64,000 nucleotides of DNA, taken from NCBI GenBank assembly GCA_964645875.1, contig CAZYCX010000001.1, forward strand, positions 1,007-65,006, read 5' to 3'. The notes below the pieces were generated by a model. It did not search any database, had not been told where the DNA came from, and worked only from the letters and a program-made list of their open reading frames with translations. Below, piece by piece: positions 51,716 to 61,259 of the stretch; position 1 is the first letter of the stretch; every line of letters starts with the position of its first letter. Source of the stretch: an uncultured Acidimicrobiaceae bacterium (GTDB lineage Bacteria > Actinomycetota > Acidimicrobiia > Spongiisociales > ZC4RG35). The position numbers and the translations under genes are program-made.

Positions 51716-53758
51716 ATGGCCACATCCACCGACCTGAGCCCTCGCCCGCCGGCGGGGGGACGGATTCGCGCCGCGGTCTGGGTCGGCCACATGGCACTGC
51801 CCCTCCTCGCCCTGTGGCTGCTCCTGGCCCAACCTGACCTCGACATCCAGTGGCAACACCGACCCAGTCACTTCTGGCTCGTGCTCGCCGTCGCCGGGGT
51901 CAACGTCGGCCTCTCGTTCCAGGTCCTGCGCGCCGCCCGCATCAGGGAGGATGCCCGGCTCCTCCTCGTCGGCTACGCCTTCATGCTCGCCGCCGGATTT
52001 CTCCTCCTCCACGCCCTGGCCACACCGGGTGTGATCGTCGCCAACCCCAACAGCGGGTTCGAGATCGCCACTCCCGTCGGTCTCGGCCTGGCATCGGTGT
52101 TCTTCGCCCTCGCCTCGTTCGAATACTCGAACGAGACCTCGCGCCGGCTGGTCGACCGGGACCCGGTGATCAAGTGGGCCCTCATCGGGGCGATGGTGGT
52201 CTGGGGTGTCGTCTCCCTCGCCGAGCTCCCCCCGCTGGCACAGCCTCTCGCCGAGGAGATAGAGGGCCCGCTGGCTTGGATGGCGATGGTGGCGATCGCC
52301 ATCTACATCGTCGCCGCCCTCCGATTCTTCGACGCTCACCGCAAGAAGCCGTCGGTGATGTTGATCGCCGTCATCACCGCGGCCGCTCTCCTCGCCGAGG
52401 CGATGGCCACCATCATCTGGGCGCGGAGTTGGCATCTCTCCTGGTGGCTGTGGCATCTCCTCATGGCGGCAGCTTTCGGCTTCGTCGCCTACTCGGCATA
52501 CACCCAATACCAGAGGGAGGGTGCGGCATCGGGGATCTTCGACGGCATCGTCACCCGGGAGACCGCCGAAGCGGTCCGCCAGGAGTATGGCAGTGCCCTG
52601 GAGACTCTCACCGACACCCTGCAGCGCGCCGTCCACGTGGGCATGACCGACACCGACGTCGACCTGATCGTCACCGGGCTCGCCGCCAAGTTCGGCCTCA
52701 CCGAAGGCCAGACCGAGGTCCTCGCCCGCGCGGCGCGGTCGTTGGCTACCGAACGCGACCAGGCCCGGCGGCTGGGGGCGCTGGCATCGATCGCCACCGA
52801 AGTCTGGGTGGAGCGTAGTGAAGACGAGCTGTTGGAAAGGGTGGTGAGTGTGGTCGGAGAGCAGTTCGCCCCCGATCTGGTGAGGGTGGGAATGGCGGGA
52901 TCCGAAGGCCTCGTCTACCCGGATCGGCTCGTCTCCGGGGCGTGGCCGGCCGACGGCGACCGTTACGCACGAGACCTGACCGTGGCCGGGGAACGTTCGG
53001 GAGTGGTCGAGTTCGCCAGGCCCAACGGGCGGTTCCGTGCCCGTGACACCTCGATCATGGACACCCTCGTCGCCGAGATCGGCATCGCCGTCGAGAACGT
53101 CCGTCTCTACCGGCAGCTGGACACGCTGTTCCGCAGCTACCTGTCCCCCGACGTGGTCGACATCCTGAAGCAGGATCCGTCCCGGGCGAGCCTGGGAGGC
53201 TCCATGGTCGAGGTCACCGCTCTGTTCGCCGACCTGCGCGGGTTCACCAGCTTCTCGGAGAGCACCGACCCGGTCGAGGTGATGGAGTTGCTCAACCGCT
53301 ACTTCGGTGTGGCCGTGCCCATCGTCATGCGCAACGGCGGCACGGTGATCCAGTTCGTCGGCGACGCCATGCTCGCGGTGTTCGACGCACCCACCCCGGC
53401 CCCCGACCACCAGTTCCGCGCCGCCCGCACCGCTCTCGAGATGCAGGAGGCCATCGCCGCCGTGGCCGGAGACCATGAAGATGCACCCCGGTTCCGGATC
53501 GGGATCAACACCGGGATGGCCCTCGTCGGCAACATCGGCAGCTCCGAGCTGCGCAGCTTCAACGTGGTGGGTGACGCCGTCAACGTCGCCTCCCGGCTGG
53601 AGACGTCGGCGGAGCCGGGGACGGTGGTGATCGGAGAGCCCACCTATCGGGCCATCGCCGACCGGGTGGTGGCCACTCACGTCGGAGCACTCGAGCTCAA
53701 GGGAAAGGGAGCGCCCATCGACGCCTATCTGCTGGAGAGTCTGGCCGACCGAGGCTGA
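51716..53758 (+). CDS. membrane-bound class III adenylate/guanylate cyclase
   Basis: 680 aa. N-terminal ~8 TM helices, a central helical/GAF-like region, and a C-terminal cyclase domain VTALFADLRGFTSFSE...GGTVIQFVGDAMLAVFDAP...RIGINTGMALVGNIGS...FNVVGDAVNVASRLE. Confidence 0.9.
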   Translation: MATSTDLSPRPPAGGRIRAAVWVGHMALPLLALWLLLAQPDLDIQWQHRPSHFWLVLAVAGVNVGLSFQVLRAARIREDARLLLVGYAFMLAAGFLLLHALATPGVIVANPNSGFEIATPVGLGLASVFFALASFEYSNETSRRLVDRDPVIKWALIGAMVVWGVVSLAELPPLAQPLAEEIEGPLAWMAMVAIAIYIVAALRFFDAHRKKPSVMLIAVITAAALLAEAMATIIWARSWHLSWWLWHLLMAAAFGFVAYSAYTQYQREGAASGIFDGIVTRETAEAVRQEYGSALETLTDTLQRAVHVGMTDTDVDLIVTGLAAKFGLTEGQTEVLARAARSLATERDQARRLGALASIATEVWVERSEDELLERVVSVVGEQFAPDLVRVGMAGSEGLVYPDRLVSGAWPADGDRYARDLTVAGERSGVVEFARPNGRFRARDTSIMDTLVAEIGIAVENVRLYRQLDTLFRSYLSPDVVDILKQDPSRASLGGSMVEVTALFADLRGFTSFSESTDPVEVMELLNRYFGVAVPIVMRNGGTVIQFVGDAMLAVFDAPTPAPDHQFRAARTALEMQEAIAAVAGDHEDAPRFRIGINTGMALVGNIGSSELRSFNVVGDAVNVASRLETSAEPGTVVIGEPTYRAIADRVVATHVGALELKGKGAPIDAYLLESLADRG

Positions 53759-53800
53759 CGGTCTTTCAGAAGAGCGCCGAACGCTCCGATAACACCGAGG

Positions 53801-55234
53801 ATGACTCCATCGGACCAAGCGACGCGTCCACCCTCGGCGTGGTGGCTGGTCGTCATTGCGATGAGTTGGGCTCTGGCGGCAGTGTCACTGACCGCTGCGA
53901 TCTTCCACCAGCGCTCGGTGACGGCGCCCATCGGTGAAGCCGATGTCTTCACCAACAACGCCGGTACGGTGGCCGAGATCATCGAGAGCCACGATTCCCC
54001 GCAGCGGGGGGTACGGCATGCCCGGAATCACCTGGGCATCGAGGCGGTCTCGCTGGTGGGCGCAAATGGGGTCGTCACCGCATCCACCTCCGCCACGCTC
54101 GAAGATCGACCCCTGACCGATGAGATTCTGGCGGCCGGCGTTGCCCACGGCCGGTTCGCGGCGTTGGCGGGAACCATCGATCAACCGATCGAGGTCGACG
54201 GAGTGGTGGAATGGCCCGCGGGCGCGGTCCTCTATGAAGTGGTCTCCCCTTTGGAGGATGGCAGTTTCGTCATGCTTCATTACGACGTCCAAGAGCTGTT
54301 CGGCCGACGGATCCAGCCGGGCGAGGTCCAACCATTGACCATGCAACTGCTGTCCCTTGGGGCGGTGTTCGGGGTCCTCGGAGCTTCAGTCCTCATTGGG
54401 CACTCTCGGGCGGCGCGCCGATACCGGGCGATGCTGGCGGAGTCCGAGCTTCTGAGGGCCCACTCCAGGGAGGTGGAGGAGGCAAACGTCAAGTTGACCG
54501 AGGCGCGTCGCAAGGCGGAACGCGCTCTCGCCCTGGCCGAGGAGAAGATGAGGATCCGCTCCGAGTTCGTCCTGATGATCAACCATGAGCTGCGCACACC
54601 GCTGACGTCGGTAGTCACCGGAGCAGAACTGGTGCGCGACGGAGACCTGGCGCTGTCGGAGCAACGCGAAGTTCTCGACTCGATGGTCGCCAACGGGAAG
54701 AGGCTCGGCGAGATAATCGACCAGATCCTCGCCGTGGCGCGGATCGAGAACCGCGGCCTCACGTACGAACTCGAGAGCCTTCCCGTTTCAGAGGTCTGCG
54801 AGAAAGTTGGAGCCACCCTCGTCGAGGAAGAAACGGAGCGGACCCTGGTCGAGACGGACGTGAATGCCTTGAAGCTGGTCCTCAACTCCCTGACGGACAA
54901 CGCCATCACCCACGGTGCGACCACCGTGGAGACGACGTGCAGCGCGTCGCCGCACATCGAAAGGATGCTCGAGGTGGGTACGGCACCTCAGACCGGTGTC
55001 TTCTTCACCGTTTCCGACAACGGACCGGGTATCGACCCCGATTTCCTTCCCCGGGCCTTCGAGAAGTTCGAGAAGAACAGCTTCAGCTCCGGCACCGGTC
55101 TGGGGCTGTACATGGTGCGGCTGATGGTCGAAGCGCTGTCCGGCTCGATCGCGGTGTATACCGGCCACGAGGGAACAACGATCCAGATCGCCTTGCCGGC
55201 CGTGATCAGGGAGCGAACCAAGGAGGCAGTGTGA
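53801..55234 (+). CDS. sensor histidine kinase (canonical HisKA + HATPase_c)
   Basis: 477 aa, 2 TM flanking a ~150-aa extracytoplasmic domain. H-box SEFVLMINHELRTPLTSV, N-box LTDNAITHG, G1 VSDNGPGI, G2 GTGLGLYMV. No response regulator gene anywhere in the window. Confidence 0.9.
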   Translation: MTPSDQATRPPSAWWLVVIAMSWALAAVSLTAAIFHQRSVTAPIGEADVFTNNAGTVAEIIESHDSPQRGVRHARNHLGIEAVSLVGANGVVTASTSATLEDRPLTDEILAAGVAHGRFAALAGTIDQPIEVDGVVEWPAGAVLYEVVSPLEDGSFVMLHYDVQELFGRRIQPGEVQPLTMQLLSLGAVFGVLGASVLIGHSRAARRYRAMLAESELLRAHSREVEEANVKLTEARRKAERALALAEEKMRIRSEFVLMINHELRTPLTSVVTGAELVRDGDLALSEQREVLDSMVANGKRLGEIIDQILAVARIENRGLTYELESLPVSEVCEKVGATLVEEETERTLVETDVNALKLVLNSLTDNAITHGATTVETTCSASPHIERMLEVGTAPQTGVFFTVSDNGPGIDPDFLPRAFEKFEKNSFSSGTGLGLYMVRLMVEALSGSIAVYTGHEGTTIQIALPAVIRERTKEAV

Positions 55235-55602
55235 GGGCACGGATCGTCATCGCCATTGTCATCGTCGCCGGGCTCGTCTCGTGCTCGGGCGATGCCGTCA
55301 CCGACCACTTCGAGCTGGTCGAGTTCGCAGTCCATGGCCCGACCCAGCTCGACGTGGGCACCGAAGCGGTGGTCGTGGCCAACTCGGGAACGTTTCCTCA
55401 CACTCTGGTGGTCACCGACTCGGAAAGTAGGGTCGTCACCGCTTCCTCCCTGCTCCAACCCGGGGAGTCGGTCGATCTCGACCTCGATCTCGAACCGGGC
55501 ACGTATTCGTTCACCTGCCGGATAGTGGTTCAGACCCCGGACGGCGACCTTGTCGACCATTTCGAGAGAGGAATGGCCACCACCGTCGAGGTCACGGGCT
55601 GA
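55231..55602 (+). CDS. cupredoxin-like lipoprotein
   Basis: GTG 55231 overlaps the kinase stop (GTGA), with AGGAGG upstream. VRARIVIAIVIVAGLVSCSG lipobox. ...ANSGTFPHTLVV...GTYSFTCRIVVQTPDGDLVDHFERGM has an H...C...H...M arrangement with a long Cys-His loop. Confidence 0.6.
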   Translation: MRARIVIAIVIVAGLVSCSGDAVTDHFELVEFAVHGPTQLDVGTEAVVVANSGTFPHTLVVTDSESRVVTASSLLQPGESVDLDLDLEPGTYSFTCRIVVQTPDGDLVDHFERGMATTVEVTG

Positions 55603-55667
55603 CCCGAGCCTCGACGCCGCCGAGAGTCGTATGGCGGCCACGGGTGAGGACGACGTATCGTCAGGAG

Positions 55668-56114
55668 ATGTCTGATCATGGACCGCCGCTGATGGCGGTC
55701 ACTGTGGACGTCGCCGCGTTCACCGAGCGCGACGGGAAGGCGAAGGTGGTGCTGATCCAGCGGGCCAACCCGCCGCACCAGGGGGCGTGGGCCCTCCCCG
55801 GCGGATTCGTCGAGCTCGACGAAGACCTTCCTGATGCCGCATCACGGGAATTGGCCGAGGAGACCGGTCTCGAGATCCCGCCCACGGACCTGATCCAGGT
55901 CGGAGCCTACGGGGCTCCCGACCGCGACCCGCGCCTGAGGGTCGTGACCGTCCTGTTCTGGGGGTTCGTGGCCGACCTACGCGACCCGGTCGCGTCCAGC
56001 GACGCCGCAGCCAGCAGGCTCATCCCCCTCGAGGAGGCCACTGCCCCCGGATTCGAGCTGGCCTTCGACCACCCCGTCGTGCTGCGTGACGCCATCGAGG
56101 CAGCCGGCCTGTGA
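55668..56114 (+). CDS. NUDIX hydrolase
   Basis: Nudix box GGFVELDEDLPDAASRELAEETGL. Start uncertain (GTG 55644, ATG 55668 or ATG 55692). Confidence 0.85.
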   Translation: MSDHGPPLMAVTVDVAAFTERDGKAKVVLIQRANPPHQGAWALPGGFVELDEDLPDAASRELAEETGLEIPPTDLIQVGAYGAPDRDPRLRVVTVLFWGFVADLRDPVASSDAAASRLIPLEEATAPGFELAFDHPVVLRDAIEAAGL

Positions 56115-57331
56115 CCGACGCCTCCCTCACCGTCTCCGAGCTGCTCGCTCGCCTCCAACAAGTGGTGGTCGCCGAGTTCCCCTCACCCCTCTGGGTCAGA
56201 GGCGAGGTGACGGGATACCGTCGCACCAGCGGCGGGGCCGCCTTCTTCAGGCTCGCCGACCCGGACGTAGACGCCTCCGCACTCGACGTGTCGGGACGGG
56301 GGAGGGTGATGGCCGAGATCGACCGCATCCTCGGCGACGCCGGCGTCGGCGGTCTCCGTGACGGAGTCGAGGTCCGGGTAAAGGGCACCGTCGGGGTGGA
56401 GAGCCGCAATTCGGTGGTGAGGCTCTCCCTGCTCCAGATCGACCCGGCGTTCACCGCCGGGCGACTGGCCATCGACCGGGCCGAGGTGATGCGGAGGATG
56501 ACCGCGGACGGCTCGCTGAGAGCCAACAGCCTCCTCCCGCTCCCGCTCGTCCCATTGCGGGTCGGGTTGGTGACCAGTCGCGGTTCCGCCGCTCACGGCG
56601 ATTTCACCGACCAGCTGCGACGGTCCTCCTATCGCTTCGCGGTGAAGACCTACCACGTCAGCGTGCAAGGCGAAACGGCCCCGGACCAGGTCGCCGGCGG
56701 ACTGGCCCGGTTCGACGCCGACTTGGTCGACATGATCGCCCTCGTCCGCGGAGGCGGATCGAAGCTCGACCTCTCCGTGTTCGACAGCGAGACCGTGGCC
56801 CGGTCGGTGGCCGCCGCACCCGTCCCGGTCATCACCGGCATCGGCCACGACATGGACCGATCCGTCGCCGACGAGGCGGCGGCGGTGGCGGAGAAGACGC
56901 CCAGCGCCGCCGGTGAGTGGTTGGTGACCCGGGTGAAGGACTTCGCCGACCGTCTCGACCGGGCCCGGGCCCACATACGCCGGGAAGGGCACAACGCTCT
57001 GGTCCGTCATCGCCACATCCTCCACAAGACGGCGGCCGACATCGTCGGAGGCGCCTCGGCGCTCCGTCGTCAGCGGGACCAGCTCGATCGGCTCCGCTCC
57101 GACATCGCCGTCGCCTCCCGCCGCGCCCTCGAGCAGCAGGGCGCTGCTCTCGACTCGATGGCCGCCTGGTTCTCGGCCATCGACCTCGACCGCACCCTGC
57201 GCCGGGGGTTTTCGATCGTGACGACCGAGGCCGGCATGGTGATCAAGTCGACCCACCAGGTCTCCGTCGGCGACAGACTGGTCCTTCGCTTCGCCGACGG
57301 TACGGTCAGAGTGGAAGTCACCGATCCATGA
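56111..57331 (+). CDS. xseA: exodeoxyribonuclease VII large subunit
   Basis: 406 aa, GTG overlapping the Nudix stop. OB-fold N-terminus SVSELLARLQQVVVAEFPSPLWVRGEVTGY, ...RVGLVTSRGSAAHGDF..., ...RGGGSKLDL...ITGIGHDMD..., followed directly by xseB. Confidence 0.9.
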   Translation: MTDASLTVSELLARLQQVVVAEFPSPLWVRGEVTGYRRTSGGAAFFRLADPDVDASALDVSGRGRVMAEIDRILGDAGVGGLRDGVEVRVKGTVGVESRNSVVRLSLLQIDPAFTAGRLAIDRAEVMRRMTADGSLRANSLLPLPLVPLRVGLVTSRGSAAHGDFTDQLRRSSYRFAVKTYHVSVQGETAPDQVAGGLARFDADLVDMIALVRGGGSKLDLSVFDSETVARSVAAAPVPVITGIGHDMDRSVADEAAAVAEKTPSAAGEWLVTRVKDFADRLDRARAHIRREGHNALVRHRHILHKTAADIVGGASALRRQRDQLDRLRSDIAVASRRALEQQGAALDSMAAWFSAIDLDRTLRRGFSIVTTEAGMVIKSTHQVSVGDRLVLRFADGTVRVEVTDP

Positions 57332-57537
57332 GTACCGAAGACCTCACCTACAGCCAGGCACTCGAAGAGCTGCGGGCAATCCACACCCGGCTCAGCGCCC
57401 CGGACGTCGACGTCGACAGGCTTCTCGAAGACGTGGCCCGTGCCTCGGAGCTGCTCCACTTCTGTCAGGAGCGGATCACGGCCGTGGGCGAGCAGCTCGA
57501 GGAGACCCTGAAGGACTTCGATCAGCCCTCGGCCTGA
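57328..57537 (+). CDS. xseB: exodeoxyribonuclease VII small subunit
   Basis: 69 aa, ATGA overlap with xseA. MSTEDLTYSQALEELRAIHTRLSAPDVDVDRLLEDVARASELLHFCQERI is a typical XseB helical hairpin. Confidence 0.85.
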   Translation: MSTEDLTYSQALEELRAIHTRLSAPDVDVDRLLEDVARASELLHFCQERITAVGEQLEETLKDFDQPSA

Positions 57538-57603
57538 CCGCCGGGTCATCGACCGTGTATCCGCACGCGCCCACCGCGCATGGGTGCATCCTCGAGGGAG
57601 ATT

Positions 57604-58179
57604 TCAGCCGGAGGGGGCTCCCGACAACTCGTCGCTCTCGTCGGATACGACGAACAACCCGACCAAACGGGTGTTGAACTCCTTGAAGTGGGTGGTGTGC
57701 AGGACACCGGTGTTGTGGAGCTCGTTGACCTCGTGGAGGAGCCGCATCCACTCCTTGGTGGTCTCCCGCGCTGGAGGCGAGTCCGCGGACAAGGCGTCCT
57801 CAACCGTCTCGAGTCGCCGCGTCAGCTTGGCGAGGTGCATATGAGACGGGATGGTGTCGTCGGCCTCGGTGGTCTGGATCCCGACGTGGGCGAGCCGCTC
57901 GAGGTTGAGCTTCAGGGCAACCACCGGCTCTACCTTGGGACGCATCGACTCGGGGCGAGCGGCAGGCACCCAGGTGCCGATCAATGCGAGCACCGCGAGC
58001 AGGGCCAGCCCGATCCCAATGGCCAACCCGTGGTCGATGCCCAACCAGGCCATCGTCGAGCACAGGCCGATCGGGTCGCTGACGGTGAACCCGAGCACGG
58101 GCGTCGAGCATTCGACGACGGCGGCGGCCACCGTCGCCACTGTCAGCGAGGCCGCGGTGATGAGCACACGCAGAAACAT
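57604..58179 (-). CDS. hypothetical membrane protein with a C-terminal helical domain
   Basis: Start moved to ATG 58179 (MFLRVLITAASLTVATVAAAVV...), 3 TM, then ...LAKLTRRLETVEDALSAD...KEWMRLLHEVNELHNTGVLH.... No family recognised. Confidence 0.55.
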   Translation of the reverse strand: MFLRVLITAASLTVATVAAAVVECSTPVLGFTVSDPIGLCSTMAWLGIDHGLAIGIGLALLAVLALIGTWVPAARPESMRPKVEPVVALKLNLERLAHVGIQTTEADDTIPSHMHLAKLTRRLETVEDALSADSPPARETTKEWMRLLHEVNELHNTGVLHTTHFKEFNTRLVGLFVVSDESDELSGAPSG

Positions 58180-58270
58180 TGTCTGTGTGGAAATCGGCCC
58201 CCAAAGTGGGATTCTTGACCGGTTACGGTTCGACGACATACCCGAGAGGGCCTGTCAGAATCCCGGCTCG

Positions 58271-59020
58271 ATGGACATCGACGCCTACCTCGACCGCATC
58301 GGGCTCACCGGTTCGATCGACCCCGACCTGGCCAACCTGGAACGGCTGCAACGATCCCATCTCACCTCGATCCCCTTCGAGAACCTCGATATCTATGCCC
58401 GTCGCGCGGTGAGGACCGAGGAGGACTGGGTGGTGGCGAAGGTGGTCGACCGGGCGCGCGGCGGGTGGTGCTTCGATCTCAATGGCGCCTTCGCCGAGCT
58501 TCTCGAAGGGCTGGGCTATCGGGTCAGGCGGCTCGCTGCCCACGTGATCTCCGGCAGCGGAGCACCCATGCCGACCCACTTGACCCTCGAAGTCTCCCTC
58601 GATCGGCCCTATCTGGTCGATGTCGGATTCGGGGACTCGTTCATCAAGCCCCTACCACTCGACTTGGAAGGGCCCCACGACGGCGGGACGCAGGAGTACG
58701 GATTCTTGTTCGAAGACGGCGTGGTCACCCTGGTCAGCCATGAGGACGATGGGACCGTCCAGCCCCACTATCGGTTCAGCCAGGACACCACCAGCGTCCT
58801 CTCTGACTTCGAGGATGCGTCGATCTATCTGCGGACGACCCCGGGTCTGCAGTGGACCCAGTCCCGGTTCGCCACCCGTCTCCTCGACGGCGGGCCCGAC
58901 CGGGTGACGCTCCTCCCGGACCGCATCAAGTTCCGCCGAAACGGCGCCTGGACGGAACACCCGGTCGACGATTCGGCGTGGGACCGTCACCTCGCCGAAT
59001 GGTTCGACCTCACCCCGTGA
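58271..59020 (+). CDS. arylamine N-acetyltransferase (NAT)
   Basis: ATG 58271 within fused track ORF 57851..59020. MDIDAYLDRIGLTGSIDPDLANLERLQRSHLTSIPFENLDI...ARGGWCFDLNGAF contains the catalytic Cys context. Confidence 0.85.
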   Translation: MDIDAYLDRIGLTGSIDPDLANLERLQRSHLTSIPFENLDIYARRAVRTEEDWVVAKVVDRARGGWCFDLNGAFAELLEGLGYRVRRLAAHVISGSGAPMPTHLTLEVSLDRPYLVDVGFGDSFIKPLPLDLEGPHDGGTQEYGFLFEDGVVTLVSHEDDGTVQPHYRFSQDTTSVLSDFEDASIYLRTTPGLQWTQSRFATRLLDGGPDRVTLLPDRIKFRRNGAWTEHPVDDSAWDRHLAEWFDLTP

Positions 59021-59023
59021 CTC

Positions 59024-60160
59024 TCATTGGCCCAGTCCCGGGAAGAACTCGCACATGGCGGAGGCGACCAGCTCCGGCGACTGCTTGGCGGTGAAGTGGC
59101 CTCCCCGGCTGAGCTCGGACCACTGCCTCAAGTCGGTATAGGTGCGCTCGGCGTATTCACGAGGGAAGCCGCTCTCCCCAGCCTGCACGGCCACTCCGAC
59201 CGGCACATGGACGAGCGGCAGGGGCTTGTCGTGTTTCCTCCCGTGGTAGTAGGGGAGGAACGACGTGCCGACGCTGCCGGTGAACCAGTACAGAGAGGCG
59301 GTGGTGAGAATGTCGTCGGCGGTCCACGACTCCTCGAAGTCGGGACCACTCCACTCCCGAAACTTCTCGACCAACCAGGCAAGGAGACCGGCCGGTGAGT
59401 CGTTGAGCGCCACGGCCAGGGTGTCGGGTCGGGTCGACTGGATGGCGCTGTATCCGGTGGCCGATCGCCACTTCTCGTCGAGACGGTCCCGGAACTCCTG
59501 CTCGGCCGGGGATAGGTCGCGGCTTCGCTCCTCCGGCGGGAATGCGGCGTGGGTGGAAAAGATCCCGACCACCGAATCCGGGTAGAGGGCGCCGATCCAG
59601 TCGCTCACCGTCGTGCCCACGTCCTCGCCATAGCTGGCATACCTGACATGGCCCAGTTCCTCGGTCATGAGCCGGTGCCACACCGCGGCGACGGCATCCC
59701 CGGTGAACCAACTCCCCGCCAGGGGCCGGGAGAAGCAGTATCCGGGCAGCGAGGGGATGACGACGTCGAAGGCAAGCCCGTCGGGAAGCCCGTGGGCTGA
59801 CGGATCGGTCAACCAGGTGGAGAACTCGAGGAACTCGGCGAACGAGTAGGGCCAGCCGTGGCTGATCACGATCGGGACTATCTCGTCGTATCTCTCCGGA
59901 TCGGCCCTTGCGTGAACGAAATGGACCCGGGCACCGTCGATGTCGGCCAGGTGGTGAGGGAACGAGTTGAGCCACCGCTCACGGCCACGCCAATCGAAAC
60001 CACTCGCCCAGTAGTCGACCAAGTCACTCAGGTAGGGATAGTCCACGCCCGACTCCCACGGTTCCCCAGCCGGTGGCGGCCCGAGCCGGGTGGAGAGGAG
60101 ACGCTGGCGGAGATCGTCGAGTGCCTCGTCTGATACGGCTATCGAGAATGGTCGTGGCAT
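59024..60160 (-). CDS. epoxide hydrolase (alpha/beta fold with EHN N-terminal domain)
   Basis: 378 aa. MPRPFSIAVSDEALDDLRQRLLSTRL...VDYPYLSDLVDYWASGFDWRGRERWLNSFPHHLADIDGARVHFVH...HGWPYSF. Confidence 0.85.
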   Translation of the reverse strand: MPRPFSIAVSDEALDDLRQRLLSTRLGPPPAGEPWESGVDYPYLSDLVDYWASGFDWRGRERWLNSFPHHLADIDGARVHFVHARADPERYDEIVPIVISHGWPYSFAEFLEFSTWLTDPSAHGLPDGLAFDVVIPSLPGYCFSRPLAGSWFTGDAVAAVWHRLMTEELGHVRYASYGEDVGTTVSDWIGALYPDSVVGIFSTHAAFPPEERSRDLSPAEQEFRDRLDEKWRSATGYSAIQSTRPDTLAVALNDSPAGLLAWLVEKFREWSGPDFEESWTADDILTTASLYWFTGSVGTSFLPYYHGRKHDKPLPLVHVPVGVAVQAGESGFPREYAERTYTDLRQWSELSRGGHFTAKQSPELVASAMCEFFPGLGQ

Positions 60161-60182
60161 CGACGGTCGCCGTCCGCGTCGA

Positions 60183-61142
60183 TCACTCTGCCCGATCCGG
60201 TCGCTCGTCTCCGTCCGCCTGCGCCGCCGACCTGCGCCCCTGGGCGTACTTCGAAAGCGCCGAGCGGATGTCGATCGCCCGCTCCGCGGCCACGGTCGAA
60301 GGGTCGTCGTCCTGGAGGGAGAAGTTCTCCCCGGGAACCCGGACCCTCAGCTGGGTCACGGTGCCGCCACTCTCGGGCCGGGGGGCGGGCCGGTCGGGCG
60401 GTGGCGACCCTCCTCCCGCGCCGTTGGACGGAGGACGGGAAGGGGGGCGCTCGGTCATCCCGGGCTGTCGCTTCAACGGGCCGAACACCTTCTCCAGGAA
60501 GGACTCGGCCTCCCGCCTCGACTCGCCGGAGCCGGCGGCGACGCCGTGCCGGGAGCGGATACTCCGCTCCAACTGGCTGAGGTCGACCGATCCGTCGCCG
60601 GCCTGCTCGCTGGGCCCGGGCTCGGATCGCTCGCTCGATTTCAGAGCCAATTCCAGATCACGGAGTCGGCCCTGGGCGCTGCCCTCCTGCCGAGTGGGGG
60701 CAGTGGCCTCGTCGAGCCGCACGAGAGGGGAGGGAACGGTGACCCGAGCCGTGGTCCCCGGCACTCCCGGGACGAGACGCACCCCGATGTCGTGGCGGGC
60801 GGCGAGTCTGGCGACGAGGGCTATGCCCAGCTTGGGCTCGAGCTGGGCCGAGGAGCCGGGGTCGGCGAGGACGGCGTTGAGCCCGGCCAGGAGGTATTCG
60901 GGGATTCCGACTCCACGGTCGGAGATCGAGATCAGATAGTTGCCCTCGTCGAACAACCCGGTGACCCTGATCGTGTCATCGGGGTCGGAGAAGGCGATGG
61001 CGTTGTCGACCAGCTCTGCGATCAGTTGGGACAGTCCGCCGACGGCTTCGATCGAGACTTCGGCGTCTTCGAGCGCCGCGATCTCGACCTGTCCCTCCTC
61101 GCAGTTGGCGAGGGCGATTTCGATGAGCTCGGCGATCTCCAT
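60183..61142 (-). CDS. orphan CvnA-like protein: GHKL ATPase domain plus disordered CvnA-type tail, lacking the sensor/HAMP/DHp parts
   Basis: Track ORF 60183..62270 is open antisense to the neighbouring gene. The first usable start is ATG 61142. MEIAELIEIALANCEEGQVEIAALEDAEVSIEAVGGLSQLIAELVDNAIAFSDP (N-box), ISISDRGVGIP (G1), KLGIALVARLAARHDIGVRL (G2-like, CvnA style), then a long Pro/Ser/Gly tail with ...LRVRVPGENF.... Confidence 0.65.
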   Translation of the reverse strand: MEIAELIEIALANCEEGQVEIAALEDAEVSIEAVGGLSQLIAELVDNAIAFSDPDDTIRVTGLFDEGNYLISISDRGVGIPEYLLAGLNAVLADPGSSAQLEPKLGIALVARLAARHDIGVRLVPGVPGTTARVTVPSPLVRLDEATAPTRQEGSAQGRLRDLELALKSSERSEPGPSEQAGDGSVDLSQLERSIRSRHGVAAGSGESRREAESFLEKVFGPLKRQPGMTERPPSRPPSNGAGGGSPPPDRPAPRPESGGTVTQLRVRVPGENFSLQDDDPSTVAAERAIDIRSALSKYAQGRRSAAQADGDERPDRAE

Positions 61143-61259
61143 CGACGAGACCCTACCGTCGGTCAGGGCAACCCACCAAGGACCTCGAGGGTGGCCACAC
61201 GTCGAAATCGAGCCACGGAGACGCCGGGTGCGTGGTCTCGCCGGCGATAAGGTGCGGCA

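Noticed and set aside
51575-53818. 747-aa ORF on the minus strand
   Set aside because: It lies exactly antisense to the adenylate cyclase, which has unmistakable class III motifs. Its composition is biased (G, R, D, H, P) with no recognisable domain.
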